This document shows positions 59,641 through 64,000 of a stretch of 64,000 nucleotides of DNA, piece by piece. Position 1 is the first letter of the stretch; every line of letters starts with the position of its first letter. Made by a program: the position numbers and the translations under genes. Origin of the DNA: Patescibacteria group bacterium UBA2773 (GTDB lineage: Bacteria; Patescibacteriota; Minisyncoccia; Moranbacterales; DUUL01); contig DEIN01000014.1 of assembly GCA_002352465.1 (NCBI GenBank), forward strand, positions 4,429-68,428, written 5' to 3'. A model generated the notes under the pieces. It was not told the DNA's origin, ran no database searches, and saw only the letters and a list, made by a program, of their open reading frames with translations.

Positions 59641-61434
59641 TTATTTTCTTTTCCGATCAACATAACTAGTATGCAAAAGTTTTTCAGACAAATATCCCCC
59701 CGGTTCTTTCAAAAAATCCTCATATATTTTTTTAACTTCTGAATTTTCATGAGATTTTCGAATTGATAAGCCCTTATCTCGATCATAAATTGCCTTACGT
59801 CTTTTCGCTCTAATTTCTTCATTAACTGGAGTCGGTTGCCCACCTCCACCTAAACAACCACTAGGACAAACCATAATCTCCACAAAATCAAATTCACATT
59901 TCCCAGTTTTGATATCTTCTATTAATTTTCTAGCATAACGAATTTCGTGCGCCACTGCCACTTTAATTTTAATTTCTTGAACCGAACATCTTGATTTAGG
60001 AATAATTATCTCAGACTGTTTGATTCCCTTGCTTCCTCGAACTTCTTCGAAATCTATCTTACCCAATTCATCACAAGTAATTTGCTCATAGGCCGTTCTC
60101 AACGCCGCCTCCATCACTCCTCCAGTTGAACCAAAAATCACTCCCGCTCCGGAAGAAACCCCCATAGTTTTATTAAATTTTCCATCTTTTAAATTCAAAA
60201 AATCAATTCCTTTTTGCTTAACCATTCGAATAAATTCATTAGCCGTAATCACAATATCAGTATCCAAATTTTTCCCGTCACCCAATTCAGATCTTTGAGC
60301 TTCATATTTCTTAGCGGTACAAGACATTACTGAAATATTAACAATATTTTCCGGTTGAATATTTTTCTGATCAGCGTAATAAGTTTTAATCAACGAACTC
60401 AACATTGCTTGTGGAGAACGACAACTCGATAAATTAGGAATTAATTCTGGATAATATTTTTCAACATACAAAACCCAAGAAGGACAACAACTGGTAAACA
60501 TCGGAAAAATAGCCTCTTCACCTCTTATTTTCTTCTTAATCCGACCAATCAATTCATTAGCTTCTTCCATAATCGTTAAATCAGCTGCGAAAGTAGTATC
60601 GAACACCAAGTCTGCCCCCAATTTTCGCAAAGCCGTAATTATTTTTCCTTCCACCAAAGTCCCTGGTTCCAACCCAAAGGCTTCTCCGATTGTAAACCGA
60701 ACTGACGGCGCTACTTGAAAAATTTTAATTTTTTCGCTATTTAATAAAACTTCATCTAATTTTTTAATATTACTTTTTTCTGTAATAGCCGCTGTTGGAC
60801 AATGAGCAACACATTGACCACAATAAATACAATCCAACGGAATTTCACCCGGAGTTCCCACATTAGTTTTAATATTTCGATAGTTAACTCCATAAGAATC
60901 GATAGTCTGAATTAATTGACAAGCCTTGATACAACGTCGACATTCAATACAATATTGATTATCCCGATGAATCGAAGGATTTTTATCATCAACCACTCGA
61001 TTTTTTAAACTATTTTTCAATAACTTCAGTTGCTCTTCTTTCGAAAAATCTTTTTCGTTCGGAACAAAATCATCTACATCGATTCCTAATTTTATCGCCA
61101 AAGTTTGTAATTCACAATTACCATTACTAACACAAAAACTACATTTTCCAGCGTGATCAGCCCAAAGCAATTCCAAATTATAGCGCCGAGCTCTTTCAAT
61201 ATCAAAATCTTCAGTAATTACTTCCAATCCCGCCTCAACTTTCGTTTGACAAGAAGTCACCAAACCTCGATGTTTATTAGTTTTTACCAAGCACATTCGA
61301 CAAACCCCCTCTGACAGCCCCAAATCACTATGTTCACACAAAGTTGGAATAAAAATTTTATTCTCTCGACAAACTTCTAAAATTGTTTGCCCTGCTTTGG
61401 CTCGATAAGTTTTATCATCTATTTTTATTTCCAT
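59641..61434 (-). CDS. hydA: [FeFe]-hydrogenase catalytic subunit, group A
   Basis: N-terminal 2Fe-2S, His-ligated 4Fe-4S and 2[4Fe-4S] domains; H-cluster motifs TSCCPSW, MSCTAKKYE and EIMVCPSGCLGGGG; C-terminal LLHTSY. Confidence 0.93.
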   Translation of the reverse strand: MEIKIDDKTYRAKAGQTILEVCRENKIFIPTLCEHSDLGLSEGVCRMCLVKTNKHRGLVTSCQTKVEAGLEVITEDFDIERARRYNLELLWADHAGKCSFCVSNGNCELQTLAIKLGIDVDDFVPNEKDFSKEEQLKLLKNSLKNRVVDDKNPSIHRDNQYCIECRRCIKACQLIQTIDSYGVNYRNIKTNVGTPGEIPLDCIYCGQCVAHCPTAAITEKSNIKKLDEVLLNSEKIKIFQVAPSVRFTIGEAFGLEPGTLVEGKIITALRKLGADLVFDTTFAADLTIMEEANELIGRIKKKIRGEEAIFPMFTSCCPSWVLYVEKYYPELIPNLSSCRSPQAMLSSLIKTYYADQKNIQPENIVNISVMSCTAKKYEAQRSELGDGKNLDTDIVITANEFIRMVKQKGIDFLNLKDGKFNKTMGVSSGAGVIFGSTGGVMEAALRTAYEQITCDELGKIDFEEVRGSKGIKQSEIIIPKSRCSVQEIKIKVAVAHEIRYARKLIEDIKTGKCEFDFVEIMVCPSGCLGGGGQPTPVNEEIRAKRRKAIYDRDKGLSIRKSHENSEVKKIYEDFLKEPGGYLSEKLLHTSYVDRKRK

Positions 61435-61452
61435 TTAATTTGTATAATTATA

Positions 61453-61572
61453 GAATTTTAAAATATGAATATATTTCGAGGAAAAGCCGAGCAACGAAGT
61501 GAAATGTATTAAATGATACATTAAACGAGTAGCGGAGGCTTTGACAAAGAAATACGCCAGATTTTAAAATTC
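61453..61572. repeat. ERIC/RPE-like palindrome, family A
   Basis: Ends gaattttaaaat/attttaaaattc; ttcgaggaaaagcc...aatgtat/atacatt...ggctttgacaaagaaata; overlaps the hydB stop codon. Confidence 0.78.
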
Positions 61573-62781
61573 CTTTATCATTTTATATCTAATCACATCT
61601 TTTAAGGCCACCACCGAAAATTTTCCCAATGGACAAAAAGTAGTATTATCCAAAGTCCAAATTAATTTATGCAAATCTTGTCGATCATTTTGATCAAAAT
61701 CTCCGCTGACTAATCTTTCAATAATGCTTTTTAATCTGAACGTTCCTTCTCGACAAGGCACACATTTTCCACAAGATTCCCGTTGAAAAAAATTGATCCA
61801 ACTTAATAATATTTTTTTCAGATCTTCATTAGCCGAAACCGCTAAAATCGCCCCAGATCCAATCGGAATTACAGCACCTCTTGAATAACTTGGAATTTCA
61901 CTTAATAAAAATCGAGGAACAATCCGCCCAGAGCTTCCTCCAACTTGAATAAATTGTATTTCAAAACCCTCCTTCACTCCACCCGCTGTCCGAATAATTT
62001 GCTCAATTGTATTATCCATTGTCAATTCATATAAACCTGGTCTCTCCACAGCTCCATCAACCGAAAAAAGTTTGGTTCCGGGTGAGTCTGGTTTTCCAAT
62101 TTTAGCAAATTCTACCGCTCCATTTTCAATAATCCAAGCAACATTTGCCAAAGTTTCCGCATTATTAACCACCGTTGGTTTTCTGAATAAACCACTGTCG
62201 CAAGGATAGGGTGGTTTAAGCCGAGGTTCTCCTCTTTTTCCCTCCAAAGAATTTATTAATGCCGACTCTTCCCCACAAATATAAGCCCCCGCTCCATAAA
62301 AAATTTCTAATTCCAAATCAAATTTTGAAGCTAAAATATTTTTTCCCAATAAATTATTCTGATAACAATCCTCAATCGCTTGTTCAATTTTTTGACCAGC
62401 CATTGCAAAAGTTCCGTTGATATAAAGAAAAGCCTTACTAGCACCAACCGCATAAGCTCCAATAATCATTCCTTCCAAAATTTGATGTGGACTATTTTCC
62501 CCCAAGCTTTTATCCTTAAAATTTCCTGGCTCAGATTCATCCAAATTGCAAATAAAATATTTCTGATCACATTTTTTAGTCGCTACTATTTCCCATTTTG
62601 AACCAAGTGAAAAACCAGCGCCTCCTCTCCCTTGAAGCTTAGATTTTTTTAATTCTGCCACCACTTCAGTAGACTTCATTTTCTTCAAAACTTTTCTTAA
62701 AGCTTTATATCCGCCCACTTTCAAATAATCCTGAAAATTCAAGCTTTCTCCAATGACCCAATCTTTAGTTAGAATTTTCAT
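61564..62781 (-). CDS. hydB: NuoF-like NADH-binding hydrogenase beta subunit (short form)
   Basis: GRGGAGF, CNLDESEPG, GAGAYICGEE and ESCGKCVPCREG...FCPLG. Confidence 0.9.
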   Translation of the reverse strand: MKILTKDWVIGESLNFQDYLKVGGYKALRKVLKKMKSTEVVAELKKSKLQGRGGAGFSLGSKWEIVATKKCDQKYFICNLDESEPGNFKDKSLGENSPHQILEGMIIGAYAVGASKAFLYINGTFAMAGQKIEQAIEDCYQNNLLGKNILASKFDLELEIFYGAGAYICGEESALINSLEGKRGEPRLKPPYPCDSGLFRKPTVVNNAETLANVAWIIENGAVEFAKIGKPDSPGTKLFSVDGAVERPGLYELTMDNTIEQIIRTAGGVKEGFEIQFIQVGGSSGRIVPRFLLSEIPSYSRGAVIPIGSGAILAVSANEDLKKILLSWINFFQRESCGKCVPCREGTFRLKSIIERLVSGDFDQNDRQDLHKLIWTLDNTTFCPLGKFSVVALKDVIRYKMIKEF

Positions 62782-62825
62782 TTTCAGATTATCTTTATTA
62801 AATATTTTTTTAAAAAAATAATAAA

Positions 62826-63269
62826 TTAATATCCCAAATAATTTTGAATTAATTCAATCACTTTATCCGTAGTCATTTTAGTATAAATAGTTCCGTTAAT
62901 TTTAACCACTGGCCCCTCCAAACATCGCCCAACACAACTCATTCGCTTTAGAACGAATTGATTATTGAAACTATCCACTTTTATCTTGAAAAAAGTTTCA
63001 ACATTTTTAATGATATTGTCTGAATCTTTAATTTGGCAATTAGCTCCATCACAAATTTCCAACGTCAATAAAGCTGGTTTATTAAAATTAATTTCATCAT
63101 AAAAACTAGCTACACTAAAAATATAAGCTTCACTCTCTCCAAAATATCGAGCAATTTTTCCTATTGCTTCTTCTGAAACCCAGCTCAAATTCTGATTAAT
63201 AGCCTTAATAGCCGGCAAGATATTTTTCTTTTCCGGTTCATGCTGAAGGAGAATTTCTTGTATTGTCAT
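62826..63269 (-). CDS. hydC: NuoE-like [2Fe-2S] hydrogenase gamma subunit
   Basis: VASFY, CDGANC and CVGRC..GP. Confidence 0.88.
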   Translation of the reverse strand: MTIQEILLQHEPEKKNILPAIKAINQNLSWVSEEAIGKIARYFGESEAYIFSVASFYDEINFNKPALLTLEICDGANCQIKDSDNIIKNVETFFKIKVDSFNNQFVLKRMSCVGRCLEGPVVKINGTIYTKMTTDKVIELIQNYLGY

Positions 63270-63409
63270 TTATTTCTATATTAATCTTCTACTTTTAAAT
63301 AATACCTTATTATTAAAAATAATTCAACGATGAAATAATTACTATTCAATCTAGAAAACTTCTTAATTTAATGCTATTATTAATTTACTTAATTATTATA
63401 AAAAACAAA

Positions 63410-63937
63410 ATGAAAAATAAAATAATTACCCTAGCTCAATCAAAAACTTGGATTGGCTATAAAACTTCTGAATTAACTTGGACAATTGGATTGGCTGTCG
63501 CTATCATAATTACCCCAGCAATTTTAGCCCATACATCCGCTAATCAAATCATCACAGGCACAATTGTCAACGCCTTGCTTTTTTTAGCCGCTTATAAATT
63601 ACCATTGGTGAACGCCTTAGCAATAGCCATCTTTCCTTCTACAGTCGCCCTATTAAGAGGCCTGCTTCCAGCTCCGATGGTAGCCTTAATTCCTTTTATT
63701 ATAATTTCCAATGCTATTTTAATTTCCACTTTTTCGGCTTTCAAAAAAACACCCTTGGTTGGTGTTTTAACTGCTAGTTTATTAAAATTTGGTTTTCTTT
63801 ATGGCATTACCTATTTTGTAGCCAGCCGACTGAACGCCGACTTGATCACAATGTTTCAGTGGCCTCAACTAATCACCGCTTTAATTGGAGGTTTTGTTTT
63901 CCTGACCTTGCTAAAAACTTTTTCAACCAAAAATTAA
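63410..63937 (+). CDS. ECF S-component-like membrane protein
   Basis: About 5-6 TM helices; QIITGTIVNALL, PFIIISNAIL and WPQLITALIGG; divergent from the hyd operon. Confidence 0.7.
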   Translation: MKNKIITLAQSKTWIGYKTSELTWTIGLAVAIIITPAILAHTSANQIITGTIVNALLFLAAYKLPLVNALAIAIFPSTVALLRGLLPAPMVALIPFIIISNAILISTFSAFKKTPLVGVLTASLLKFGFLYGITYFVASRLNADLITMFQWPQLITALIGGFVFLTLLKTFSTKN

Positions 63938-64000
63938 GCAACTCGTTTTAATTCTGTTTCAGTTTCTTGCTCTTGTTTTTCAATCCATTTAATGTCTTTT

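Noticed and set aside
61564-63269. Respiratory complex I (nuoE/nuoF)
   Set aside because: No other nuo genes, and the next gene has H-cluster motifs, so these are hydrogenase subunits.

Overview
AT-rich bacterial chromosome segment with most genes on the - strand. Gene content and style suggest a Patescibacteria/CPR (Parcubacteria-like) genome, which is an inference: core genes mostly lack Shine-Dalgarno sequences, RpoD has a Lys-rich N-terminus, and intergenic DNA carries heptamer repeats. Core genes are mraZ-rsmH-ftsL-like-PBP, rmuC-dnaG-rpoD, holA, holB, polA, mutM, gatB, two GT4 glycosyltransferases and an L,D-transpeptidase. Anaerobic metabolism is represented by a porCDAB 2-oxoacid:ferredoxin oxidoreductase operon, a LutB-like protein and a trimeric [FeFe]-hydrogenase whose beta subunit has non-bifurcating signatures. 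The most unusual locus is a ~8.5 kb co-oriented cluster (31.0-39.6 kb): tandem hot-dog thioesterase, acyl carrier protein, 7TM-GAF histidine kinase, MMPL/RND transporter, LolA-like protein and a predicted outer-membrane beta-barrel lipoprotein. This looks like an acyl/lipid handling, sensing and transport module of diderm type in a lineage thought to lack an outer membrane and fatty-acid synthesis. Intergenic DNA is full of nested palindromes: two ERIC/RPE-like long hairpin families, several short REP types and 7-mer repeat hairpins. Several accessory genes are decaying through in-frame stops. No rRNA, tRNA, CRISPR array or transposase was seen. All calls are by eye; no searches were run.
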